The notes beneath the pieces are model-generated. The model had not been told where the DNA came from. It did no database searches and saw only the letters and a program-made list of their open reading frames with translations. A stretch of DNA of 19,788 nt, taken from Ginkgo biloba. Taxonomy: Eukaryota; Plantae; Ginkgophyta. The position numbers and the translations under genes were made by a program. The DNA is taken from positions 43,222,117 to 43,241,904 of the forward strand of contig JANKJI020000002.1 of NCBI GenBank assembly GCA_024626585.2. The letters run 5' to 3'. Numbering within the stretch: position 1 is the stretch's first letter; every line of letters starts with the position of its first letter. Of the stretch, positions 1 through 10,065 are shown in pieces.

Positions 1-1920
1 ATGACACATTAACCCATATTAAATGCCTTAGGTATCATAACTTTAGGTTATGACCTTAGTTACAACATGTAAACATTAAATTTCTAACACATGTAAGTTA
101 ATAAGATCCTAAAATTGGCTAAAACAACATCCTAGAGGACCTAGTTCTTGGGCGCTTAAGTTCTTAGTTGAACATTGCAAAGTGGGCCTTAAAAGTCAAC
201 TCCAATTGACTTACATGTAGCCAAAAGGAAGTCACAATAGTTATGCCGATATAAGGGATACACATTTCTTCTTTTTCTCATCTCATCATCTTAAGTATTT
301 AATAATTCTTCTTTAGCAGTTGAAGACACTCTTAGTAAGTAGGTGCTTCCTACCAGCATTTTGTAGGTAGTAGGTAGCCCACAAACTCTTTTTGGGTAGC
401 AGGTGCCCCAAGGCCATCTTCTTTTCTCTATTCTTGTATTTTCTTCTCCTCTCATGATTTGATCTACTATTACATTGCTATGGTTGACTATTGTGACATT
501 TTCCTCTCATATTCGTGCTTATTATGATCTTGTGACACTATGATCTTCTATATTCGTGATTATTGTTATCTTATCATCTATTTGTAGAATTTATTATGAT
601 TTATATTTTTAGTAGTTCAACCCATTTGGATCACTACAAACTAGTAGTGTGACAAGACCCATCCATTAGGTGCTTAGTAGCTAGTCTATGCATGACCACA
701 TCATGGCCCTATACTCCATAGAACAAGAGGAATCAAGCAAGATTGATGGTCTAACGGTTCATGGTTGACTGATAAAACCTTTTGAAGGAAAACCCTCAAT
801 AGTGTATTAAGAAATGGTCTTTAGAAGCTTAAATATATAACACAATAATTGTTATGGTTACAATTTAAGGAATGTATTATAAGCACTAGATATAACCTAT
901 CTCTTAACTAAGGTGCACTTTGTAAAGTGAAAGCTCTATTGAAATCAAAGTGTACAAATTTGCCATACTAAAAAATCTATGATTTGTGTTAATAAAAATA
1001 ACATATGACCTTCATACTTTGTCAATAGAACCAAGACCTTTACATTGGCACTCCAAATTCTAGACAACAAAATGATGGAACACTTGTCATGACACTCGGG
1101 GAAGTTATCACAAAAATGATGCTAACACAAGTATGAATACATTAGCAAAAGGCTATGCCAATGTGAGAGGTTATGCCAACTTGAAATCATCCTTGGGAGA
1201 CTCCATAAATAAAGAGTGTACTGTGAGAAGCCAAAANNNNNNNNNNNNNNNNNNNNNNNNNNNNNNNNNNNNNNNNNNNNNNNNNNNNNNNNNNNNNNNN
1301 NNNNNNNNNNNNNNNNNNNNNNNNNNNNNNNNNNNNAATATTGAACTGTTTTTTTCTATCTAGAAATGAGTTTTAATTCTTTGGTGAAAAATATAGCCTA
1401 TAAGCCACTTAGTTAAAATGAAGACAATAATATAGACCTACCAAATTGTCCTGTGTCAAAATTTATGGCAGATGCAATTGTTTCTGCTTTCTGACGAATA
1501 CTCCACCAGTCCACAATATTCCTATACTTGGAAGTTAAAATGGTTTCTCAAACAATAAATTTACTTTCTCAATATCATATATGTTGCTGAAATCCATGAT
1601 TGCCTTTTGTGCTCTGCCTAGAGACAAATGAATTTTTAAACATCATTTCCCATCTGTGCTAGTGCAAAAGACATGAACAACAAATAATAAATGAACACTC
1701 AAGACATGCATTCCCGAGTCTTTCCAAATTGAATGATATCATACTTTGCAATCAACCTATCATGGTTGTAATCGTGGGGATGGGGGGAAGCAACATACAA
1801 TCAGAGCTCAATGTGTATTTAGCATTTGTAAACACATTTCTAAAATGTCAATACCAAAAAAATTATCAACAAGAAAAACGCTCGGAAGCAATGAAAGACA
1901 AATACTGAAAAAGACCATAC

Positions 1921-1979
1921 TCCAAAGGACTCAAATTGCTTCAACCCAGCTTATGAACCAAGCTGACCATTAAATATAC
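1921..1979 (-). pseudogene. Exon matching the TMC 'CGPFxG' loop
   Basis: ttttgcag|GTATATTTAATGGT...TTTGGA|gtatgg translates as GIFNGQLGS*AGLKQFESFG. Splice sites are strong, but all three frames contain a stop. Confidence 0.55.
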
Positions 1980-2483
1980 CTGCAAAATAAACACTAAGAA
2001 CTTCCGTTTGAGTTCAGCTGGAATGAAAAGGATTCTAGAGGGGGAGAATAGGTGTCAAAACAGCAATTCAATAAAAATTCAGAGAAACGAATTTGTAAAG
2101 AATCTGATCACAACTGTCAAAAGGATTTTGTCTTCTGTTTCACTCGTGGAATGCGCTTCAAATTTTTTATATTCTTGCTCATTTCCCTGATAAAATTAGC
2201 AATAGTCAGTTTCAAGGCTTTAAAAAATTGTAAACTCACAACACTATTGAGAAATTCAAGGCAACCTAATTGTACTAAATGCCACCTTCCAGTTGAGTTT
2301 TCCATATACAAATGATGNNNNNNNNNNAATAGAAACCCATTAATTGATTTTGAATTAAGTTGTGTATGCTGATGAAAGAAATACATAGGGAAAAAAGAAA
2401 TGTCTCATCAGCTTACCAACACAAAATAAGAACTTTAGAGCCAAATCAATGAACACTCAGAGAGAGGAAATTCGAGGAATTAC

Positions 2484-2572
2484 CTTTGATGTACATATAT
2501 AATACAATAGAATATAGGAAGCAGCATCATTATCAATATGCAAATAGCATAGTAGAACACATTGCTCTTCTT
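2484..2572 (-). pseudogene. TMC-like transmembrane exon (TM9 equivalent)
   Basis: cacag|AAGAAGAGCAAT...CATCAAAG|gtaatt. Open frame KKSNVFYYAICILIMMLLPIFYCIIYVHQ, phase 0 and compatible with the previous exon. Resembles TMC '[24 protein letters not shown]'. Confidence 0.75.
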
Positions 2573-2671
2573 CTGTGAGAAAACAACCACGACAACATAA
2601 TTTATTCATGTATAATCCAAAATCACAAAAGTAATACCATACACTAATTGGTCAAAGAAGTGCATGCTTAC

Positions 2672-2996
2672 CCCACTTCCCCTAGCAAATGGTTTTCTGC
2701 CTCGTTTGCAGTTGTGAGCATCACAAAACTGACGTAAAAAAAAGTCTACAAGAAAATTCCAAACGTAAGTACTAGAGACGGACAAAAATGAGGGAAAATT
2801 ATCAAAACAGCAAATTTGTACAGTAGTATCTATGTTTCTGTATTCCTTCCTACAAATGCAATGTAGGGGATAAATTATCATGACAAATCTGAAACAATAA
2901 CTCGACATTAATGCTTTCTTTAAATGAGTGGATTCAAAAAACTCATTTATACACTTCTTCCTGCAAAGTAGCTGTTTCAACATGAGAACTCACAAT
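2672..2996 (-). pseudogene. Core TMC-domain exon (CWET-like motif to the KPF/RAS-like motif)
   Basis: Acceptor ggtatag| at 2997 and donor |gtaagc at 2671. Translations across three frames: (N)CEFSC*NSYFA; EEVYK; LLYKFAVLIIFPHFCPSL (2826-2773) VLTFGIFL*TFFYVSFVML; NCKRGRKPF (2713-2687) ARGSG. About 97 codons separate CW from KPF, similar to the recalled span of the TMC domain. Confidence 0.75.
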
Positions 2997-3334
2997 CTAT
3001 ACCAATCAATAAGTACGTTAATTGAAATTAGTTTTAAACCCGAATTAGTTTATACTTGTGATCATTTGAACTTTTATCAACTTTGCTTACTTTTTGTAGA
3101 GCTCAGTAATTGCAATGTAACGATACCATGATATTCTTTATTGATTTTTATGGACCTTCTTATGTTGCCTTTCANNNNNNNNNNNNNNNNNNNNNNNNNN
3201 GTTCGAACTTTGATATTTTGCAAAACCTCTCCCGCCATAAGGAGAAATTTAGATCCAAACAAAACAAACAAAGCCAACAGATCTTTGAGATCAGCATGGA
3301 TCTGTGAATCTTCTCGATACGTGTTCATGAAGTG

Positions 3335-3405
3335 TGATACAAGATGACCATCCCAAACAGTAAATGAGTAATGATACAAGATGCCTATCCCAAACAGTAA
3401 ATGAG
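3335..3405. repeat. Tandem duplication, 34-bp unit, period 37, intronic
   Basis: tgatacaagatgaccatcccaaacagtaaatgag (3335-3368) and tgatacaagatgcctatcccaaacagtaaatgag (3372-3405). Confidence 0.95.
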
Positions 3406-4688
3406 CTTTTCAATCAGGCAAAGACATTCTCAAGTTTGGAGACTTGCATGATAAAGAGACCTAACAAATTCCCTCAAGATTCTTAATTCTTTGAGAAAAG
3501 GGACAGGGCTTCTCATGATTAAATTTTACTTCTGCTCAAGATTTTGATTTGAAGTGCATATGGGTACTCCACATATATCTAAGACTCAGATTGCTCTTCA
3601 ATTGGGACCAATACAAGTGCCAGAATGGATAGAACTGCACTCTTTGTATGCTAAAGATAATTGTATTCGTTTTCAGGAATGTGCAAATGATGTAGCAGCA
3701 GGCCCGACCTAANNNNNNNNNNNNNNNNAAAATTTCGAGTAAGATTTATGCACTTGTTATAAATCAAAAAAGAAACGCATCTCATCAAATCAAAAAAGAA
3801 CTAGCCCTTGATGGAGAAGGAAGAGGGCATGCTCACTCCAAAGACTCAGTCTGGAAAGGAGTTGGCCTTGTTGTGCCCTAAGCGGCAGGGACTGTTTAAT
3901 CTGCTCTACGTCCCATTCCTCGTGTTTGGCGTATATTTTCCTTTCACAACTATTGAGCATNNNNNNNNNNNNNNNNNNNNNNNNNNNNNNNNNNNNNNNN
4001 NNNNNNNNNNNNNNNNNNNNNNNNNNNNNNNNNNNNNNNNNNNNNNNNNNNNNNNNNNNNNNNNNNNNNNNNNNNNNNNNNNNNNNNNNNNNNNNNNNNN
4101 NNNNNNNNNNNNNNNNNNNNNNNNNNNNNNNNNNNNNNNNNNNNNNNNNNNNNNNNNNNNNNNNNNNNNNNNNNNNNNNNNNNNNNNNNNNNNNNNNNNN
4201 NNNNNNNNNNNNNNNNNNNNNNNNNNNNNNNNNNNNNNNNNNNNNNNNNNNNNNNNNNNNNNNNNNNNNNNNNNNNNNNNNNNNNNNNNNNNNNNNNNNN
4301 NNNNNNNNNNNNNNNNNNNNNNNNNNNNNNNNNNNNNNNNNNNNNNNNNNNNNNNNNNNNNNNNNNNNNNNNNNNNNNNNNNNNNNNNNNNNNNNNNNNN
4401 NNNNNNNNNNNNNNNNNNNNNNNNNNNNNNNNNNNNNNNNNNNNNNNNNNNNNNNNNNNNNNNNNNNNNNNNNNNNNNNNNNNNNNNNNNNNNNNNNNNN
4501 NNNNNNNNNNNNNNNNNNNNNNNNNNNNNNNNNNNNNNNNNNNNNNNNNNNNNNNNNNNNNNNNNNNNNNNNNNNNNNNNNNNNNNNNNNNNNNNNNNNN
4601 NNNNNNNNNNNNNNNNNNNNNNNNNNNNNNNNNNNNNNNNNNNNNNNNNNNNNNNNNNNNNNNNNNNNNNNNNNNNNNNNNNNNNNNN

Positions 4689-4945
4689 TTTGCCACCTCC
4701 TCAAGGATGGCATGGCAGACCAGTTGGAGCCCACAGACTGCTTCACATTGTCATGGAGTTGTGCGAGAGTTTATTGGACATAGTGTGCCAGTGTTTGAGG
4801 TTGCAGGCCTGCAATGGCTGCCTCCCTCTCTCTTACTCTATTTTCTGTTTCCAAGGTTAAGCTTCAATATATCTTAAAAAGCTAATTGTCATATGCTTGG
4901 CTCCTAGCAAGGAGGTTCTTCTCACATTGGTTAGGTTGTGGGATG
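4689..4945 (+). mobile_element. Possible decayed LINE ORF2 C-terminal zinc-finger (zf-RVT-like) fragment
   Basis: CHLLKDGMADQLEPTDCFTLSWSCARVYW followed by AWLLARRFFSHW loosely fits the C..C...E...H.F..C..A..W...W pattern. Weak. Confidence 0.3.
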
Positions 4946-6503
4946 TCATACCTCCCTTTGTGTCGGTGGCTCCCTGCATGGTGACTGCCATGTAGTTGAA
5001 CTAGAGAGGCTCCTCACTCTCTAAGTATGCCTTATTTTAAGGTTTGATTTTGGGCATTGCATGACTTTGGGTCCTGCGAAGAACAACTCTCCCCCATAGG
5101 CCTGTGATCAAAGTTTGATGTTTATAGTTTGCCTTGTAGCCTCTGGCATAGGGTGCAGTTTCCATGCTTGCAACAGCCTTGTTAAGTTGACGGCATGCCT
5201 TATGCCACTATGTTGAACAAGCTAGGGTGAACCCAACAAGAAGCAGACCTTGTCAGGTCCCTTCTAGGGTTTTTTGTTGACTTGGTAATTTTTCAATCTA
5301 AAGATTATTCATGTTTACAATGAAAAGCAATAGCTATCACTTCAAATCATCAACCCCCTAGCACCCAAGAGATTGCAATGTTATGATCCGCACTTCTCTT
5401 CAAGTCAATAAAAAAGAAACCAACATCCAGATTATCAGAGTGCCTCCCACAGGGATATTAGACCTTTCACAAATAGGAGAAATGGAAGAAGTGGATAGAG
5501 AAACAAGAGAGCTAAACGAGGAGCATAAGGTGGTGATGAGACAGTTACAATTGCAACATGTGGAAGGAACCATAATCAAAAGGCCAATTTGGAAGAGTTT
5601 ACATGTAACTTGTAATGGATTCTTACAAGGTATTTATAATAACATCGATTGACACTCTTCCATAAGATGACATTAGATTAGCTACATACTTATATCATTG
5701 CACCATAATCCTTATTATTCCATATTAAACTACAAGGCATCCTTAATTCTATCCCACATTTAAGTAAGAAACAAAGATCATCCCATGCACTTTAATGATT
5801 GATTAACATATATGGTTTANNNNNNNNNNNNNNNNNNNNNNNNNNNNNNNNNNNNNNNNNNNNNNNNNNNNNNNNNNNNNNNNNNNNNNNNNNNNNNNNN
5901 NNNNNNNNNNNNNNNNNNNNNNNNNNNNNNNNNNNNNNNNNNNNNNNNNNNNNNNNNNNNNNNNNNNNNNNNNNNNNNNNNNNNNNNNNNNNNNNNNNNN
6001 NNNNNNNNNNNNNNNNNNNNNNNNNNNNNNNNNNNNNNNNNNNNNNNNNNNNNNNNNNNNNNNNNNNNNNNNNNNNNNNNNNNNNNNNNNNNNNNNNNNN
6101 NNNNNNNNNNNNNNNNNNNNNNNNNNNNNNNNNNNNNNNNNNNNNNNNNNNNNNNNNNNNNNNNNNNNNNNNNNNNNNNNNNNNNNNNNNNNNNNNNNNN
6201 NNNNNNNNNNNNNNNNNNNNNNNNNNNNNNNNNNNNNNNNNNNNNNNNNNNNNNNNNNNNNNNNNNNNNNNNNNNNNNNNNNNNNNNNNNNNNNNNNNNN
6301 NNNNNNNNNNNNNNNNNNNNNNNNNNNNNNNNNNNNNNNNNNNNNNNNNNNNNNNNNNNNNNNNNNNNNNNNNNNNNNNNNNNNNNNNNNNNNNNNNNNN
6401 NNNNNNNNNNNNNNNNNNNNNNNNNNNNNNNNNNNNNNNNNNNNNNNNNNNNNNNNNNNNNNNNNNNNNNNNNNNNNNNNNNNNNNNNNNNNNNNNNNNN
6501 NNN

Positions 6504-6553
<50 letters not shown>
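6504..6553. repeat. (CT)n microsatellite, at least 25 units, abutting a gap
   Basis: Directly visible; its 5' end is lost in the N run. Confidence 0.98.
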
Positions 6554-6557
<4 letters not shown>

Positions 6558-7953
6558 GTGTAAAAGTTCTGCGGCAGCTGGGCAAGAGGGAGCCTAGATT
6601 GGGAAAGGTGGTAGCTACACGGGAGTTTGTGTCATATCTAGCTCACATTCACGTCTTCATCTGTTGTTGATGAAGCTAGCTTACTAAATGCATTTTGTCT
6701 TTGTTCATTCATGTTCCCATGATCAGAGAAGTTTCATATATAACTGCACATGGGAGTTGGGTGTTAAATCCTTGATTTCATCCCACCCCCAATGTGCCTT
6801 AAAAGACCTTCTCGACCTATCAAAGCATAGAGACTACACTCCTTTTCCCTTCCTCAGCAGTCAAGTAGTATTCTTTTTGTGGATGAGGCACAAGCAACCC
6901 CTCTCAACTTAAGGATCATGGAACCCAAGGCATAGGAAATGAAAGGAAGATATAAACGACGCGAAGATTGTAGTCATGGAGGAGCATGAAGGGATTTTGC
7001 AGTAGATGAAAGCAAATATGGAAATATTTCATATAACACAAGTTGGAGGGAATGGAAGAGCTTTGGGCTCGGCACAAAGAAAGGCCCAAACCTCTTTATT
7101 CACATTTCCAAGATTCAATGATAGTGATCAAAGGATTGGTGATGGCCAATCTAGATTATTCCACTAGCACTTGTAGGAGTTGTGTGGCAAGAGAATGTCC
7201 GAGGTGATTTGGTTTTGGCTTAATTCTTTGTCAGTAGTTCACTTCCTGGTTTGATTAACCTTTGTAGAATATGGGGAACAAGCCTTGTCAATTGCAACTG
7301 ACTTACCACCCACATTAGTGGAATCAAATTCCATCTCAAATCCTATACAAGCCCTTTCCGTCTAATTGTGAATGTAGGTAGGGGGAATTTCCCAACACCT
7401 AAACTTTGAATAGTTTAGCCCATACTCTATGATATACAATTCCTTCTCCAAAGGACATATCAANNNNNNNNNNGTCTGGAGATATACCATGATAAAGGCT
7501 TCAAAAAGGGCAATGGTGATAGTAATGCAGGATCTTGGCGGGTCCCTATGATATCAATGAATATTGGGACCTTAAAAGAAAAAGGGTGTATCAAAGGATT
7601 AGCTTTTGTTCCTTCTAGTTCCTGCTCCTACAAAAGAAGTCACCATAAACGGGGGCAAGCTTAGAGCTTGAGTTCCAAGGTACTACAAGTGTACTACACA
7701 TACACGTAAAACGAGAATGCTTAAAGGCAAATCCACCAACTCAATTTGAATAGTTATTAGTGTAATAAGCTGATCTAAACTACCTAACATCTATAATTAT
7801 ATCTTAAAAATTAAGCCTACATGTACGATCGCTCAATTTTATAATATGTGTGTNNNNNNNNNNNNNNNNNNNNNNNNNNNNNNNNNNNNNNNNNNNNNNN
7901 NNNNNNNNNNNNNNNNNNNNNNNNNNNNNNNNNNNNNNNNNNNNNNNNNNNNN

Positions 7954-8451
7954 GTGATTGTTATGTGAATGTTGATTTCCTAATTACCTGTGATCCTAAA
8001 CTCAACACCCTTCACTATTCAAACGGTATTGTACCTATGCCTCACGTGCTGGCCACCACACTACACAAAAAGCATTCAAAATTCAAATTTTTGAACTTTC
8101 AGCACTTAGGAAAAGGCGTGGCTTCATCGAGCAAAAGCACAGAGTCTTGAGGCAAAAGCGCAGCATGGGTAGAGAAAGGCACGACACTGATAAGAAAAGG
8201 TGCAGCGTAGACTAGTAAAGGCATGGTGTCCTACAACTCATAACTGAGGACAAATCTTGCTTAGATTCTTGTCTCAATCAGAGATGTCTCAAACCCAACC
8301 ATCTCTACAACATACACCAAGCATCCAAATGTTGTAGATCACCTTCTTTCAGACTTTGCAACTTCTTTTTTAGTGTATCCAAAGAATCAAAGACTTCTAT
8401 TCACTCACCTTTGGATTGTTGTTGATCGATCCTTCACTCTGAAACACATCA
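7954..8451 (+). mobile_element. Probable 5' LTR of the downstream Ty3/gypsy element (left end uncertain)
   Basis: Ends ...ACACATCA at 8451, 2 nt before the PBS. CATCA is the typical terminus of CRM-clade LTRs. Contains a 21-bp array. Confidence 0.5.
8112..8237. repeat. Degenerate minisatellite, exact 21-bp period, 6 copies
   Basis: AAARGYR core at 8112, 8133, 8154, 8175, 8196 and 8217. Confidence 0.85.
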
Positions 8452-8453
8452 AT

Positions 8454-8466
8454 TGGTATCAATGCC
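8454..8466 (+). promoter_or_regulatory. Primer-binding site complementary to initiator tRNA-Met
   Basis: TGGTATCAATGCC versus canonical TGGTATCAGAGCC (11/13), directly after the LTR-like CA end and about 100 nt before the gag ATG. Confidence 0.8.
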
Positions 8467-8563
8467 TCTTTTTAGGTTCTAAATTTTAAGCCATATATTT
8501 TTCTTGATTTAATTTTGGCTTTATATTTGCTTGAAAAACTATTTTTCTATACAGAGGTTAATC

Positions 8564-9500
8564 ATGGATCACAAGTCCAAGCTTCTTGCATCACCTATTG
8601 AACCCCCTATCAAAGAGATTGAGCTTCTCAAACAGCAAATTGCCANNNNNNNNNNNNNNNNNNNNNNNNNNNNNNNNNNNNNNNNATATGTATCTAGCAT
8701 TACAGCAAAGCATTTCATAGGGAGGATCTTCTTCTCCCAAGCCTTCTTCCTACCCCTCTAGACAGATAATTAAAGTGAATACCAGGATTGGGTTTATTCC
8801 TTTCGACCGTACCATTAATGCTAATTGAGTAGATGCATGGATAAGGGATTTAGGAGTTTACTTTGAAACTCAAGGGTATGAAGGAAAACAATGATGCTTG
8901 TTCACTAAACTTACAATGATAAAACATGCACTTCTTGGTGGGATGCTCTTTGTATGAGGAAAGCAAACACATATCAATCTCCAGTGACTACATGGGAGAA
9001 GATGAAGTAGTTGATTTGCAACAAATTCTACCCAATAGAATATTTGGAACAACTCACCAAAAAACGACAGCATTTGCATTAGACTATAGGGCAGTCAATG
9101 CAAGATTATATTGATAAGTTTCACAAACTCAACATCCAACTGAGTATTGATGAAATCGAGGAGGTGCTAGGTCTCAAATTTGTTAGGGGACTCTTTTCTG
9201 CATACCAACAGAAACTAGACCTCATTCCTATTTCCACTTTGGACAAAGCATATAATTATGCTTTGCACCTAGAAAAGAAGCTTTGTCAAGAGGAGCCTTC
9301 CTATACATCCTTCTTCTTCCTTCTCCAACTCACAGAAGGGCAATGGATCATCTTCTACTACTTTTGCATCTAGGGGAGACAAGTGGCCCTCCACTGATAA
9401 GGGGAATAGAAAGATAGTTGACCAGACTAAGAACTACAAGCATCACAAGTGCTATGGCCATACAACGAAGGAGTGTTTACTCAAATTTGAAGAATAAGGG
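8564..9500 (+). pseudogene. gag: Ty3/gypsy gag (retrotransposon gag domain plus decayed CCHC knuckle)
   Basis: PFDRTINAN*VDAWIRDLGVYFETQG..., TTWEKMK*LICNKFYP..., SMQDYIDKFHKL...KFVRGL...TLDKAYNYALHLEKKL; knuckle YKHHKCYGHTTKEC at 9435-9476. Several stops and frameshifts. Confidence 0.88.
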
Positions 9501-9599
9501 TTTGAAGAAGAAGAGCCTCTTGGTATAGAAGTATGGGGACCATGTTGTGGATCTCCAAGATGCAGGTAGACAAGACCTTGATCCTTGCCATCTTCATCT

Positions 9600-10065
9600 T
9601 TGGCGCGTAGAGAGCAGTGCTTTGTACAAAGAGCTCAAGTTAAGGATCGTCTAATTTCTTTGATTCTAGACAATGAAAGCATGAGGAATCCCATCTCTTC
9701 TCAGCTAGTACATATGCTTCGACTTCCAACCCAACCACACCCTTCAGCTGATACTTTGGGTTGGGTCAACATAGGCAATTCTCATAGTCAAGTGGATAGG
9801 GTTTGCAATGTTCGCTTTACCATACAATCCTATATTGATGAGGTTACTTGTGATGTTGTTCCTATGGACTGTTGCAATATGGCATTGAGCCACCCTTTCC
9901 AATTTGACTGACATGTTGCCTATGATAGAAAGATCAACAACTATTGCTTGAAAAAGGATGGCATCACCTATCATTTTCCTTCTCTTACAGTACCAATCCA
10001 GTTGGTTTCTCCAAAGCAAGAGAAGAAACTTACTAACAAAGCACATCAATTTGCATTATTATCAC
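9600..10065 (+). pseudogene. Ty3/gypsy aspartic protease, CRM-like
   Basis: SLILDNES (degenerate D[ST]G, Asp at 9669), PTQPHP..TLGWV, DEVTCDVVPMDCCNMALSHPFQFD*HVAYDRKINNYCLKKDG. This matches the CRM-type consensus CDVVPMDACHILLGRPWQFD. Confidence 0.9.

Larger units (their letters stand above)
1565..3708 (-). pseudogene. TMC (transmembrane channel-like) family gene, C-terminal half (about TM3-TM10), multi-exon, disrupted by stops and frameshifts
   Basis: Minus-strand exons with AG/GT borders: 3708-3641 (RACCYIICTFLKTNTIIFSIQR, tentative), 3301-3091 (IHADLKDLLALFVLFGSKFLL..FCKISKFE..IVTLQLLSSTK), 2996-2672, 2572-2484, 1979-1921 and 1756-1565 (tentative). Joins 3641/3301, 3091/2996 and 2672/2572 are phase-compatible. 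Motifs occur in TMC order: CxxxC*NSYFA/EEVYK, LLYK..FCPSL, NC..RKPF..SNVFYY, GIFNG, *LQSMISF. Confidence 0.72.

Noticed and set aside
1-800. LTR-like fragments (gggatacaca end at about 264; short internal repeats)
   Set aside because: Probably TE debris, but boundaries and family cannot be supported without a library search.
2977-2979. In-frame TGA as selenocysteine, recoding or an alternative genetic code
   Set aside because: It co-occurs with TAA/TAG stops and frameshifts; TGG>TGA decay is simpler.
2606-2983. 125-aa minus-strand ORF as a standalone gene
   Set aside because: It is a chance-open frame across the frameshifted TMC-like exon; only parts are in the homologous frame and it runs into an intron.
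3850-3900. Minus-strand CRLGHNKANS resembling a Mutator zinc knuckle
   Set aside because: Too short, the Cys pattern is incomplete, and it lies near a gap.
3790-4860. 248-350 aa ORFs
   Set aside because: They consist almost entirely of N-gap translation.
5799-6597. About 260-aa ORFs with ER/LS repeats
   Set aside because: N gap plus the (CT)n microsatellite.
8112-8237. CRISPR-like repeat/spacer look
   Set aside because: The conserved core is only about 7 nt, the context is a eukaryotic LTR, and there are no cas genes.
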